Source of the DNA: Guillardia theta CCMP2712
Taxonomy: Eukaryota; Protista; Cryptophyta
Direction of reading: 5' to 3'
NCBI RefSeq assembly: GCF_000315625.1
Contig: NW_005434600.1
Coordinates: forward strand, 53,910 to 117,909
DNA: 64,000 nucleotides
The notes beneath the pieces are model-generated. The model was not told where the DNA came from. It did not search any database and saw only the letters and a program-made list of their open reading frames with translations. Shown here in pieces: positions 20,234-36,757 of the stretch; position 1 is the stretch's first letter; each line of letters starts with the position of its first letter. The position numbers and the translations under genes were made by a program.

Positions 20234-22316
20234 ATGCAAGTAAGAGCACGGATGCTCCTGCCATGCTGCATCTCTTTGGAGCTGCTCCGCTGCGTCTCAG
20301 GCTCCCATGGGCATGTGAGTTGTTTCATAACGAGCCCACACATCTTGAAGAAGAGCTCTTCTTTCTTGCATCCCTCTTCACCTTGCCGCCGAAAGGATCT
20401 GCAGTCATGGAGTGAGTTTAGGAGGTTTCATGTGCGGGGAAATCAGCAGATCACAGCCCGGAAAGGAAAGTTCCCCCACGTGGACGGCGAGTATGCTAAG
20501 CATTTTCTCAAGAGCTATGGAGGGGCGATCGGTGACAAAGGTCAAAGGATTCTGATCCTTGGGAAGAAGCCCAAGTGGGGAGAACTTAGTGAAGCAGAAG
20601 TGAGGAACACGTTTGGGATCCCTTCAGGAGTGACTCAAATGTATGAGGGCAACAGGTTTGTTTGGAAATCCCCTGCTGCCGTCCCCACGGACACTCTCGA
20701 GGCCATGACGTGCGTTCGTGCTCAGATCGCACCCTTGTCTGCGCACCACGAGACGGTAGAGGATCTTATAGAAGAGGTTGGTGGATGGACGCTCGCCTGT
20801 GACGGCTGGGACCTCCATGTAGAGCGTTTGAAGACATCGTCTGAGCAGGAGGGAGACGGAGAGCGGAGGAGTCGAATGGAGATCTCAGCCATGTTTGCCC
20901 GCTGCATCGTTGGAGCTCCTAATTTTGACAAGCCGAATCTCCTGTTTACCTTGTTGGAGTCTTCAAAAGGATATCTGCTCGGGTTGACGACGTGGTCCCA
21001 CAATCATGCACAGAGATCTCTCTCAGAGGTGGAGTGGTCGAGAAGGCCCTGCAAGGTAAGTGAAGCAGGAGATTTCGAGCTCGTTGGAAGTCACTCTAAA
21101 CTCACAGTTCTCGTCTGCTCTTCCGCTGTTGATCGCAGAAGCTGCGGTGAACATCGCTGGCGCAAGGGAAGGGGACTTGCTGTTGGACCCTTGCTGTGGC
21201 TCAGGAACGATCCTCTACGCTGTAAGAGTATCTACATGCATGTGCGGGTGTGTAGGAGGTTGGTTAAGATTAGGAGAGCAAGCATCAAAAATGAATGCCT
21301 CCACCCTGCTCTCTCCTCGCTTTCGAGATTGCCTGCACAGCTCAATTGGTGATTCGATTTTTCTGTGGGTCTGACCTCAGTTCTCTGTAGGCGTTAGAAA
21401 GGGGGCTGAATGCTGTGGGATTTGAGATTAATCCATCGATGGCAATGCAGGTGGACTTTGAACCGTTTGGTTGTGACTGATTGAACTCTGCAGGCAAGGA
21501 AAAATTTGGAAACAGTGGGATATGCGACAAGGGGAGGAGGGTTTCTTCGAAAGTCGTATCAGTTAGAGGAAGGCTGTGTAATTGCTCAACACGACAGTAG
21601 GGAGAGCTTGCTGGTGAGGCGATGCTCAGATTGTTGTGAATTCTTTGACAAGGAATCGACGACTTCCTTTCACTCTTTCTCCAGGCTTCGAGTTCACCGA
21701 TGTCCGCCAGCCTGCCACCTCTGAGCAACGTAGTGCATTTTTTCTTTTCTCTGTCTCTTTTCCCCTTGGGCTATCACTTTCTCTACTTTCCCTTTCCTAG
21801 CATCTTCTGACCGCATTGCAGATGCCTGTAACCCATGTTGTCTCAAACCTTCCTTTCGGCAAGAACCTCAAAGTCTGTGATTGCTGCAAGTCTTTCCTGC
21901 TGTGATCGCATTTTGCACAGTTGCCATATGCGGGCTACGTTCGTGACATCGTTCGGAGCCTCTGCGCACAACATAAAAACGCTACGTTTGTGTTCATTGC
22001 AGGAGGGCAACTCTTGAAAAGAAGGCAAGTTGTCAGTGTTTGAACCATGTTATGACGCAACGCTCACATGCACCATATCGATCTATCCTTGCCTGATGCC
22101 TGCCTGACTGGAAACTGTGCAGCTCTCCTGATTTCTTGAAGAGAATTCTCACCGAAGAAGGCCTGACATTGGAGGAAGTAGTCCAGATTCCGTTGCACGG
22201 ATTGACTCAGGTTGAGTCCCATCTTTGACATAGCATCTCATCGAGTAATCTGCTCACAGGACAATGCAGAGTATCGCAGCCTGAATCTCCTGAGAGCAAC
22301 CAGGCCGCATGGTTGA
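20234..22316 (+). CDS. SAM-dependent RNA methyltransferase (TRM11/THUMP-associated, UPF0020-like), probably plastid-targeted
   Basis: FSSALPLLIAEAAVNIAGAREGDLLLDPCCGSGTIL (motif I) and VVSNLPFGK (NPPY-type motif IV, ~21837). Signal-like N-terminus ending VSC-F followed by an S/R/K-rich transit-like stretch. Spliced model ends at TGA 22314-22316. Confidence 0.8.
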
Positions 22317-22371
22317 GCATGGTTGAGCATCAATCGGACATTCTAAAACTCAGTAACAACCTAGACTTGTT

Positions 22372-22875
22372 TTATTCCTTGGACATCTCTGAGATCCCAG
22401 ACTTGTCAATGTTCTGTTCCCAGTTCAGCCCATCGAAATATCTGATCTCCACATCAAAGTCTTCGTCTTCTGCGATCCGCTTGTCTAAGCACCATAGCGT
22501 GACGGCAACTCCATCAGGGTTCGATCGAGGATAATAGAAACTGCTGATCCCACAAATAGAGCAGAAAGTGTGCCTTGCCACCCGCGTGTTGTACCTGTAT
22601 GTTGTAAGCTTCTCCTCGCCTTGAACGATTCGAAACTTGGATAGCGGGACGACGAAGTGCGTGTTTCGCCGCATGTAACATATCGAGCAATTGCAATCGT
22701 AACAGATGACCTTCTTCTTCCTCTTGCTCGACTTCCCATTGCCATCTCCCTTGACTTTGCAACGTTCATCTCCTTCTTCCCTGCTTGCCACTGATCTTGT
22801 CTCCTCCTCCTCCTCCTCCTCCATCTTCACCTCCACTCTGACACTCCCACAATGACAGCCCCCTTCTAGAATCAT
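22372..22875 (-). CDS. CENP-V / GFA family zinc-binding protein
   Basis: GGCHCGSV, DCNCSIC, HTFCSICGISSFYYPRSNPDG; uninterrupted ORF from ATG 22875. Confidence 0.92.
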   Translation of the reverse strand: MILEGGCHCGSVRVEVKMEEEEEEETRSVASREEGDERCKVKGDGNGKSSKRKKKVICYDCNCSICYMRRNTHFVVPLSKFRIVQGEEKLTTYRYNTRVARHTFCSICGISSFYYPRSNPDGVAVTLWCLDKRIAEDEDFDVEIRYFDGLNWEQNIDKSGISEMSKE

Positions 22876-23599
22876 GGCGACTCCCGACACTGAGGCGAGC
22901 CTATCGCATACCACCCCCACCCCCACAGAGCTAAGCAATTTGCTGGGGGTACCTCCAGTCAGCAAGTCAGCTACTCCCCGTGGAGGTAGGGTGGGGTGAT
23001 CGATGGGTGGACATGACATTCAAAAGAGGGGGTGATTTTGAGTATTTGGGAGGGGTGAGAGTGTTGCATTAAGATGAAGCCAGGGTTCTTGTTGACTTGG
23101 GTAGGGTGGTCATTTCTACTGGGTCATGATCTTCATGGGTGACTTGGGAGCAGGTGGGAGTAAACTTTACTCTGCAAATAGGGGTACTTTTGAAGTCAAA
23201 ATGAGGGGTACTCTGTTTGTCACGAGGGTGGGGGTAGTCAGATTGGGTGGGGTTCGGTTGAAAAGGATGGGGGTAGGGATGAGACCGTAGCGATCAGTGC
23301 GATAATGGCAGAGTTCGTTGTGGAATATTGCTCCAACTGAGATGGTGGGAGGCAGGTAACGACAACAACAATGGTCTCTTCCTCTTCATGATCGACATGA
23401 TGCGATCCTCGTCCTTCGTCCTCGCAATGGTCTTCCTCCTCCTCGTTGTCTTTTTGCTCCCCTTCCTGGTCTTTCATGTCCTCGTCCTTGTCCTCGTCGC
23501 CCTCATCATTATCATCATCGATGGGAACAAAGTAGCATCGTGTTCTTCCTCTCTACTCTCTTTCTCCTTCTGAATGTCATGTATCGCATTGCATTGCTA

Positions 23600-24885
23600 G
23601 CTCAAATCCATCGAGCAGTGCATCTGCCATGATCGTCATGTGGATCTATGTTTCTTGGCCTTCTCTGATCAGTTTGAATGTGCAGGAGATGAGGTCGGCA
23701 AGCGAAGCAGTCGCTGCCGGTGCTCCTTCTGCCAAGATCTCGGTGAGTTGATATGAGCTGTCCCTGTCAGTTGTTCGTATCCTTAGGTAACATGGTGGTT
23801 CCATTCATGTGAATCCTGACTTGTTGTCCGAGAACATGGTGGACTCTTTCATTCCCCATATGAGTTCTGTCTTGTTGTCCTCAGCCATAATCAGTGATGT
23901 TCAAGATGGTGAACAGGAAGGGGAAGCGGAGGGCAGAAAGTTGTTGTTTCATGGATCCTTGACATGTGATATACGAAAGCATGTTTGAGAGTACGACTTG
24001 ATTTGCTCTGCTCTCCTGCCATCCTCGACCCCCCTTCTTTGCAGACAGCAAGCTTTCGTACCTCTTGCTCAGCCTCCTTCCCCTCCCGTTGATATGACGA
24101 GCAACTCTCTTTGCGCTCCCTAGGACACCCATTTGTCCTCCTCCTAACCTGCTCTTCCTCCACAGACGTCTTGCATCGACAGGATGGGTGCGATTTTCGT
24201 CGTCATCTACAAGTGCGAGAACGGCGCAAAGCGGAAGATCTACACCACTGATCAGAGGAATCTGTTCCGCAAGTACCCAGATCGACGATCGAAGGCGATG
24301 GCGGAGATCACTGCTATCGTACGGCAGGAGATGGGGAAGTAGAGGGCATGAGGAGAGATAAGGCTTGTCTGCCTGGCAGTTTCCGTCAATGACGTGTAGC
24401 AGCACAAAGGGTGTTCCCTGCTGTTAACTGAGAACCGAGTGTGGACAACTGCTGAGGAGAGCAAGGTTGTTTACTCCTGTGTTGATTTGCTTCCTTCTTG
24501 TTTTCACATGTGATGAATTTGTTCTGGTTTCTTGTTGTACCTAAAGAGCCGATCAAAGTGCGTGAGTCGTTGCTTCGTGCCTCAAAGTTTTCCCGCTATC
24601 AATGGAGCATGCAGAGAGGATGAAAGGAAGAATGCATGAAAGGAAGGGAATGGTGGTAGTCTTGGAAGATGTTGTGAAGGTTCGCAAGGTTGTGAAAGAT
24701 CCGATTTCTCCCTCCTTCATTGCTTGTTGCGGGAAACTTGTGTTTGCACTTCCATTGTGATACATCGATTGAAATTTCTTGAACAAGAGACTAAGAGCAT
24801 CTCGAGACAACATGTGTCTCCTCGCTCTTCCTTTCCCTTCTTCATCCTCCACAGTTTCTCGTTCATTTCGCTTCTCCTCCTCCAT
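23600..24885 (-). CDS. Possible hypothetical multi-exon gene
   Basis: Non-repetitive open stretches on the minus strand (24553-24885, 23881-24420) with plausible splice sites; no recognisable domain. Confidence 0.3.
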
Positions 24886-24986
24886 CTCCCCCCTCTTGTG
24901 CTGACAACATTCACGTCAAAACCATTGACCATGTCGATTCCCGCCGCAACTCACCTTTCTCCTCTTCTTTCTTCTCCTTCTCTTCC

Positions 24987-28212
<3,226 letters not shown>

Positions 28213-28589
28213 CCTCTACAAAGCTTCTTGTCCCAACTCGCACTTGCAGTTCGAACAACCAAACTCACTCCCGAGGTCTTCTGAATCCTTTCAACTCGGA
28301 GTCAACATCCTCAAGCTCCGCTGAACAACATCAGGTTCTCATCTGCACCATCGAGTCATTGCAATCTCCCGGTTGAAGTTTTTTGTCGCTCATTCTTTGT
28401 CATCTACAAGCACCGTCGCCAAAGTTGCGTTGTTGAGAGCCTCCTCTGCTCTACCCACATCCCTCAGATCCATTGGACTTCTATCCCCTACCCTGTCCTC
28501 TCCTTTCTCACTCCACCCGCGTCACCTTCTCTCCTTCTCTCCCTCCCTTCCCTCCCTTCCCTCAGTTCTACCAGCATTTCAACTGACGG

Positions 28590-29520
28590 ACCTCCGCTGC
28601 CGGCCCGATCACTACTGGTGCGGCCAGTGTTTTCAATTTGGCAAGTCGGTCCCGGATCCTCGGCCCGGCCCGGCGAGTCCCGGATCCCGGTCCGGGTAAG
28701 GTCGGACCCGGATCGATGATCGGCATCGGATCCTGGCCCGGCCCGAGGCCGGCCGTGAGCGCTCATTGACTCAGAGTCAATAAGGCTGGCAATCTTTCAA
28801 GTTTGTTGCAGCCGCTACTTGAATCCGCACTGCAGGCTCACCGTCCGATCGCCGCCCGGCCCGGCGGCGGCCCCGGACACCGTCCGATGGCAGTCGTGCC
28901 ACCGTAATGCAGAATTGCGATCAAAGTTGTCTTCTCGAATCTCAATTTGCGGCGTGCTAGTCAACACGCGGCGGCGCCGCCGGGTCCGATCCGATCGGAC
29001 CGTCGAGTCCGATCAGCCATCGGATTGGCCCTCGTAGCCCGGCCCTCTGACGCCGACTACGGGCCGCCGCGCCGGCCAAGTCCGAAGCCTTGAAGGCTTG
29101 AAGTTGGAAATCCGCCGAGGCAGGCCCCCGTCGGATCCGAGTTGCGGCCGCCGCGACAGCGGCACACGTGCGACAGAGTCAGGGTCAAGCCGCAGCTTCC
29201 TCGACTCTCCTGATCGGATCCGAGGATTGTCCTCGGAGGCTCGTACAAGGGTGATCTTTAACTTAACTTTGAGTAAAGAAAGTGCAGTACCGTACGGTAC
29301 CAGGACAGTGACTCGGGACCGACTGGCGTCCGGTCGCCGTCCAACTCAACAAGCCTGGGCGGTGTCACGGTGCCAAGTTCTGGCAGGGATATGCTGACAG
29401 CGGGAGGGAAGAGGCAGTCATGCGCCCCACCGCGGGCCCCCGGGGCTCTCAGGAGTCTTGAAGGAGGCGGTTTAACTCCTCCGCCGGACTGACTCCCCGC
29501 CCCGGGAGGGGACTCAATCT
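28590..29520. other. GC-rich palindrome-dense intergenic island
   Basis: TGAGCGCTCA 28756; ATTGACTC-A-GAGTCAAT 28765-28781; GTCCGAT-CCG-ATCGGAC ~28984; GTACCGTACGGTAC 29287-29300. Confidence 0.8.
29226..29280 (-). repeat. Dispersed ~43-bp element, copy 1 (with two short insertions)
   Basis: Reverse complement TTCTTTACTCAAAGTTAAGTTAAAGATCA[CCCTT]GTACGAG[CCTCCGAG]GACAATC aligns to 48001-48043. Confidence 0.85.
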
Positions 29521-31156
29521 AAAGTTTTGGCAGGCGCTTTCTCTCTTTGTGAGAGTGGGGTGGAACCCTGATGAAAGGGGGGTGGGGGTAATGCCGGTGG
29601 ATTCCGTTGGTCGGATCGTGACGCCGATGGTCGCTTCCGGTCACGGGGAAAGAGATCGCAGCCCCGCATTACCATCGAAAAGAGAAGTTTTCGAAGGTGA
29701 TGGAACAGGTCTTATTTGTTGGACAGGGGTCCTTGGGGCCCCGAAAGCTTTCGAACGAGTAGGTCGTGATTCCCGACTCTGGAAAGCGATCTTTTTCGAT
29801 TGAGAGAATACTTTACCACACATTTTCCAGTCCATCAGCAAATATCCTTTATATATGCCTTTTAGAAATCCCTTCTTTACGTGTGTTAGTCCGTCAAATA
29901 ACCCCACCCACCAAATCCACGATTATCAGTGAGTTCATTCCGTAATGATCCACGGAACATTCTGAATCACTAAACCCAGCCAACAAGCTAGTTTTCATTG
30001 CTGACGTCATGCGACTGTACAGCTTCTTGAGTTGTTCCACCCCATGCGCGCTCCTCCGTACTTCCGCGCTCCTCTCCTCCGCTCCTCTTCCTGCACATCG
30101 CAAGGGTCGACGGAAGATAGCATCGAATCTCCTTCCTCCGTCCTATCTTTCTCCTCTTCTTTCTCGTTCTCCACGTCCACCTCGTCTCTTCTGGAAGGCG
30201 TCGATACTCATGTTCCGACCGCGGTCGCCGCGTTCTTTGCTGTCATGCTCAGCAAAGGAGGAAGATCATCCTTCCCAAGACACTGCTCGCTATCTTGTGT
30301 AGACGATCATCATGGCAATGATATGGGATCGTCCTCATCCTCTTCTGGTTGCATGCCGATCACCGCAAGCGCAAGATGGGATACAGGAGGCAGGAGGAGG
30401 TCAAGATCAGAGCCAGCAGTGCTAGGAGAGGACGCTGACTCGTCAGCAGAAATGGAGTCAGACGCAGCCAAGCATGCAATCGACAGGTCAGGGTATTTCA
30501 TCCAGGGGAGAGGATATGGGATAGTGATGCTGGTCGGGGAAACCATTTCTTCCCCTTCTATCGACCAAGGTGGGAACTTCGTGAGTCGGCATAGAGAGAA
30601 GTTGTCATTCAGGTTGTGATTGTAGAAATGTTTTCAACCTCGCCACAAAGCGTGTAGAGTGTAAAATAATTGCTTCTTGTTGTAGAATAGCCGTTCCTTG
30701 TTGGGATGTTAATCATTGTTTTCATAATCATCACGAGAACTGTTTGTATAAATATCGCGTTTATGAGCAATCCCCCTATTCTCCAGTCTCCTCTCCTCTC
30801 CTCTCCTCTCCTCTCCTCTGCTCTGCTCTGCTCTCCTCTCCTCTCCTCTGATCGTTTCTTCGTCTCCTTTTCTCTCTCGCATAACTTCTCCTCTCCTCTC
30901 ACTACATCGTCGCCTGGCCAAGTTTCCCCTCCTCCCCGTCTTGTTTCTTCTAGACTCCGAGGAGTGCATTTTCTCGTTGTCATCGAATTGCATCCCATCT
31001 CGTCACCCCCTCCTGTCTTCTCTTCTCTTCTCGTCTCGCCTCGTCTCGTCTCTTCTCTTCTCTTCTCCTCTCCTCTCGCCTCGTTGCACGTATCCAAGTC
31101 GAGAAATACCCATTGAGATCTCGCCATTCTCTCTGATATTCTCGTGCAAGCAGGTT

Positions 31157-34100
31157 TCATTCAAGCTTGGCGATAGAAGGAACGTTGGAAGTCAGCGACA
31201 CCGGGTTGACGCCTAGTGTACGTGTGTTAGTACTTGGAAACAGCTTGGTGCTGGTGCTGGTGCTGGTGCTGGTACTGTTGCTGGTGCTGGTGCTGGTGCT
31301 GGTGCTGGTGCTGGTGCTGGTGCTGGTACTTCCTCGCTTCTTTCCCCGCCTCATCTTTCACTGCCACCATCTCTTCTTCCTCTGCTACCTTCTGCTTCTG
31401 CTCTTTCGTCTTGCATTCTGCTGCCTGCTACTGCTGCTGCTGCTGCTGCTGCTGCTCCCTATTCTTCCCACACGGGTTTGAACTTGTTCAACCCCTCAAG
31501 TCCCTACCTGCGCGATGAGCGGCGAGCATTCCGATGGCTTCAAGGTAGCTGATGCCATGACTTGAGCACGCTGGGAGCGCAAAACTTCCTTTTACCTGCT
31601 CACTCGCACACAGTCCAAAGCAAGGTCCTCAGGCTCGGCTTGCATCTTGGTCTTGTTGTCTTCAACAGCGATGACAAGCGCACTGTGGAGGAAGCAAACG
31701 TGTGTCAGAGCGCTGGTGAACCTTTCCGTTTGAGGCACAAGAGGGCAGTGGAGGAGCAAGAAGCAAGGAGGGAGGAAGGGAGGGCGAGATGGCAGGATGG
31801 CGGGATGCACAAATAGCGGGAGGGAGGGAGGGAGGGGAAGGAAAACTTATTGACTTTGTTTGCAGTCCCAGGGAGATCGTCCCAAGGCCTCCGGCAGCAT
31901 TGGCAGGTATAATCACAGCGTCTACGTCTCTTGCCCAAATTGCTCGATTGGCGCGGGGGTCCTGTAACGAGAACATCAATCAAAGAGGGCAGAGCAAAAA
32001 TCGCTTTCATTGCATTGGTGGAGTTGTGGTATCTCTGTGTTGGTGTGAGAGTTTTGCTGAAGTGATGGTTGTGTTAATGTGACGAATCGCATTGAATTCT
32101 TCGTGGTCTACGAAGATACATGGATGTCGAGATTGTTTGGTATGGCAGGGCTCTTCAATCTTTTTGGTAGTGAACATCTTTTGATCTTGCGTGATACCGT
32201 GAGATGCGTTTCCTTTCTAATCAACACACGTCTCACTCGTATACGTCGCTAGCTCCTTTCCTCCTATCCTTTCGTTTCTCATTCTTCTCTGCTTTATGTT
32301 TGTCCTCTAAACTGTCTTTCCCTCCCGTCCCTCTCCTCCCCCTTCTCTCCTCTCCCTCTCCCTCTCCCTTCCCTCTCCTCCCTCTGCTCTCCTTTCTCCC
32401 TCCTCCCCCTATCTCGTGCAGGCTCTAGATTTTAATCCTCTCCTTACCTCAGGGGGGACAACGACTGGGGCACGATGAAGGTATGCAAGGACACACGGAA
32501 GAAAAGTGAAACCGATTTCTTCTGCTGCAACCTTTCAACCAAGAAAGTCACAAACGTGGATGCCCATTTGAACAAATTTTCCTCTCGCAAGCAACCACAA
32601 TCTCATACACGCAACAGCCGTCAAAAATGAACGATGGGGGGAAATGCATTTCAATCTTCCCAACAAAGAACTTGTCATGTCGACATGGAAAAACAGCGCA
32701 TCTGCAAGACTTTTGGCTCGAAAATGGCAGCATACACCAGATTAACAATGTGCCCCTAAGAGATTGAGAGGGAAGGTCTTTGCGAAAAAGTCGAGCAATC
32801 CTGTCCAACTATCTTTTCAATCATCACCTTGGGGGATACGGAATATCCGATCTCGACTTCAATCTCGTTTGCAGGAGCATGAGCACAGGGAACTCCAAGC
32901 TGAGAGATGAACATCAATGATGAGAACCGTTCTTGACAACAGGCTAGGAAATGGTCGAGGTCAACGGCAGTTGAGGGCGATGGCAAGGAAACAAATGGAT
33001 GGAGGAGGTTGGGAACGAAGAAGAGGAGATAGAAGGAGGAGTTTCAGGGAGGAGAAAAATGAAAGAGGGAGGAGGAGAGAGGGTAAACAACAATTCAAAG
33101 TAATCCAAAGGAGTAGTGCTAAGAGCAACACATGACACATTCATCTCCATCAGAAAATGGAAGCAACCTTTGATGTAATAGCGTGGCTGATAATCGCTTC
33201 CATCCCACCAACAGGGTCAACTCCATCCCCCTTGTTTCATACTGTCAGCATTTCTTCATCACAACATCTCACGCATGGCAGGCAGCAACATCGCAGTTGA
33301 CTCGCTTCATTCAGCCACCGTCGTCGTACACATGGGAGTATCAAACAAACGTACAACCTGACGGTATGACGTCGTCTGAGTGATCTCCTGTAGCAAACAC
33401 AAGTTGTCAAGATGCAAAGTATTCCATCCCCTCCCAACAGCACCTGATCACTTTCATCTTCGGGAAATTTACAAACTACAGCGATTGCTGTGCATTTGCA
33501 CTCTTTCACGAGCCGTTCGGCACCTGTAACAAGAGCCCCCATCAGATAGAGTCCAACATCAAAATTGTTTCTCAGCTCTCGCCTCTTATAAGCGTCCCGA
33601 GATTGTTCAAGTCTCCTCTCGACGCGCCTGCCACAAACTTCATCGCAACACAATCAACTACATGCAAGCACAAAACCAACCAGTCGAGGTCATTGCGACT
33701 GTAACGCCAACCTCTTCGTCGGTTACAAGGTAATTGCACACGTTGATCCCCTTCATTGCAAGTCAAGATGAGACAAAGTTCTCTGCTAACCGCCCCCTCC
33801 CCCCTCGATTCCCTCCTTCTCCTCTCTAAGCTTTCCTCCTCCTCCTCCTCTCTAAGCTTTCCTTCTCCTCCTCCTCCTCCTCCTCCTCCCTCCTTGTCCT
33901 TGTCCTTGTCCTCTTCCTCCCTCCTTGTCCTTGTCCTTGTCCTTGTCCTTGTCCTTGTCCTTGTCCTTGTCCTTGTCCTTGTCCTTGTCCTCCCTCTTCC
34001 TCTTGCGTCCACTTCCTCCTGCCTTCTGCAACACATCTAGCTTCCATCTCCCCTCCATCCTCACCAGGGTAGCTCTCGCCGCATCAGCAGCCTGCAGGTG

Positions 34101-35018
34101 CCTTTCAATCATTTCCTTGGTCATTTCCTTGTCAAGCAGAAGGCCGATCCTGTGACCTCCTGCTCCATCTCCTCAGCTCACCAACACAGGACGAGCAAGC
34201 ACAAGTCCGAACCTGTTGTCACAGGAAGCAGACCGATCTTCCCTCTCGCAAAGTTGTCCAACAGGTAACCTTCAGTGTAGAGCATGTTGCTCAGCGGCCA
34301 GTACAGCGAGGCTCCGTTCATGACGTTAGGATGGGTAATCAAGGTGTCTACGACAGATGCCATAGTCTTCGCAACAGGAAGCGCGTCTCCCGCATACCCA
34401 CCGATCGATGCGCCTGCATACAAGCATGAACTCGTCAGCCCGGCACAGCTCACCTAGTGACGACTGACCTACTCCTGTCGGCACAATCAGGACTGCCGTG
34501 TATCCGTGCCCTGTCGACCCCTCGCTTCCTCTCTGGGGGAGGTTGTCCCATGGAGCCGACCTCCGCAGAGTGTCCTCGTCCTCGTCCTCGTCATCGTCCT
34601 CTTCTAGTATCTTCATGACCCCTGCCATGAACTCCCGCTCCTCCTCCGTGAGATCTCCATTCTGGTCAGCCATCCTCAGCTTGCACCTGGCATTATCCCC
34701 TCCCCTTGTGCACAAGGGCAACCCTGGCTTCAGAGCCACAGGAAGGGCTCTCCTTGCTCTGAGAGGAGGGCAAAGGGTGACAAATGCCTGCGGCAGCGAG
34801 CCTGATCGCAGTCCACCATTCTTCTGCAAGCTCCCCCCAACCTGTTGTACATCCCAGGTTATGATAACAAACAAGACCCGCTCCATTACTCCAGGCTTGG
34901 TAGACCATTGCTATCAACAAAACTTTCACTATGTACATTCTGATTTGCCTTTCCTCTGCACTTGCGCTCCACTCGTCACCACCATCGCTCTAGTCATTGA
35001 ACCCCAAGTCCACGTGTT

Positions 35019-35060
<42 letters not shown>

Positions 35061-35180
35061 TCTCCTTCTCCTTCTCCTGCTCCTGCTCGTCCTGCTTGTC
35101 CTCCTCCTCCTCCTCGTGCTGCTGCCCTTCTTGCTTCCCCTTACCATTGTGGTCAGCGCAGCCAAAACGAGCAGCCGCAT
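31157..35180 (-). CDS. DUF3326 family protein (cyanobacterial/plastid type), probably plastid-targeted; about a dozen exons
   Basis: AVLIVPTGVG|ASIGGYAGDALPVA..LITHPNVMNGASLYW; GVDPVGGMEAIISH; GVPCAHAP; AAEEIGFTFLPCVL; VIAVEDN; YLEAIGMLAAHRAG|VNP. Hydrophobic MRLLVLAAL start and a PQA-F site. Confidence 0.88.
33892..33990. repeat. (CCTTGT)n hexamer array, intronic in the DUF3326 gene
   Basis: Directly visible; a similar (CTGGTG)n array lies at 31245-31328. Confidence 0.9.
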
Positions 35181-35637
35181 TGCCGGAACGAAGTAGGATC
35201 ATATACCTCATAGTCCTCCCGGGCCGGCCGGCGCCCTGGCCGGCGCCCAGGCCGACTGAGTGACTCTTGACGAATGTATGAGTGGGGCTGTCAATAATTT
35301 GAAATGTTGAAGCAGAAATTTCAAGTCATAAATTGTTCCATATGAATATTCTGCAAAAAGTGTTTTTTAGTTGCATTGACAGTACCATATATTTCAGAAT
35401 TTATATCAGTTGTAGATGAATTGAATTGCGAGGCCATAGTCAAGAGTTTCTTGATGATGAATCCTAATTTCACAATAACTCATAAAATTATTGAGCAAGA
35501 TTCCAATACTTCTCCACAAAATACATATCTGGAAAGCATTTCTCATTTTTGGTGAGGAGACTAGTCAACATTCCCTACTGATTCCAGGACATATTGAAAA
35601 ATTAGTACGAAATCCATTCTATGGCTCGAAATCGCAT

Positions 35638-36005
35638 CACCCACCCCCTGTAATGTCCTTTTCTACTACAGGTGTGTGCATCACCACCTGTAGTCGACTA
35701 CCCCCTGAAATGTGAAATATACCCCTACTAAATACTAGAATATGACCCCCTCTTTTACTTCCATTGTTTCAAGGTACCCCATGGTCTCGACGCTAGTTCG
35801 TACCCCTCATATTGCAGCACCTTCTCCACTTGTTACAACCACCCCCTGGCTCCCTATCAAATCACCCCAGTCCAGCACTTGATCATGACCCGGGTAGTTG
35901 GGTTATCACCCCAAACTTTTATGATAAAGATACCCGTACTTGAACGATTTAATATGACCCCTACCCACTAATCAGCTATCACCCCCCTGAATGACCACCC
36001 CTGAA
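35638..36005 (+). promoter_or_regulatory. ACCCC-rich patch in a divergent intergenic region
   Basis: About a dozen (T/C/G)ACCCC motifs on the plus strand in ~370 bp upstream of the plus-strand LRR-PIN gene. Confidence 0.45.
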
Positions 36006-36757
36006 AGATCTCCCTGCCTTCATGGCGTGGGAGGGGGGCGAGAAGATTAGGGAGGAGGAGGAGGAGGAGGAGGGAGTTGCGTGAAGCAAGAGGAGGGAAG
36101 AGGACGAAACGCGGCAGAGGAGAGAGATGAAGGATTAGAGATATACAGGAATGGTGGATCTATGGCAGGAGGGAGAAGCGAGTGTGCGCGATTGAAGGGA
36201 GTTGAAATGAGAAAATCAAGTTTGGTGGGGCCAAAGAGCGAATGGGAGATCAAAACGATGTTGACGGCTGTATAAAACTCGCGAGATGCAAGTTGGTGCA
36301 TAGTAGAGGGCTCAGTGACTCAATACACTCCGAGGTTGCTCCATGAAGAAGGTTTCCCATTCCCTGACACTAGATTCTTCTTGTTGCGACCATTCTTCAT
36401 TTTCCGAGGAATGCAGCTTTGTTCCATTTGGTGTTTTGCTTGTTTGAGCAGGATCGTGAATTGATTGCCGTTGTCTTTGTTTCTATGCCGGAGTACGCAT
36501 ACACATGCATGATTCTTCAGTCGTGTGGCGTTGCATTTGCCCTTTCATAATTGAGAGTAACCGGATAAGATGAGTTCCCAGAGGAGTTGGCGAAGGATCT
36601 GATCTCTCTTGTACAGGCGGGACTCATCTTCTGTCTCTCTCTTCATAGTTTCGGCTCCCTGAGAGATTCGACGCACTTCATGGGATCCATTCGCCATTGA
36701 AGGAGTTGCGCTGATTAGCAGGGAGTGAACAAACGTTCCAGAAAAGACGAGTCAAGA

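Noticed and set aside
28373-29400. Pro/Arg/Gly-rich ORFs in the palindrome islands (also 51514-52364)
   Set aside because: High GC suppresses stop codons; no domains or consistent splice pattern
30009-30619. Plus-strand ORFs of 97 and 195 aa
   Set aside because: Ser-rich, no recognisable domain, strand ambiguous; a real gene cannot be excluded
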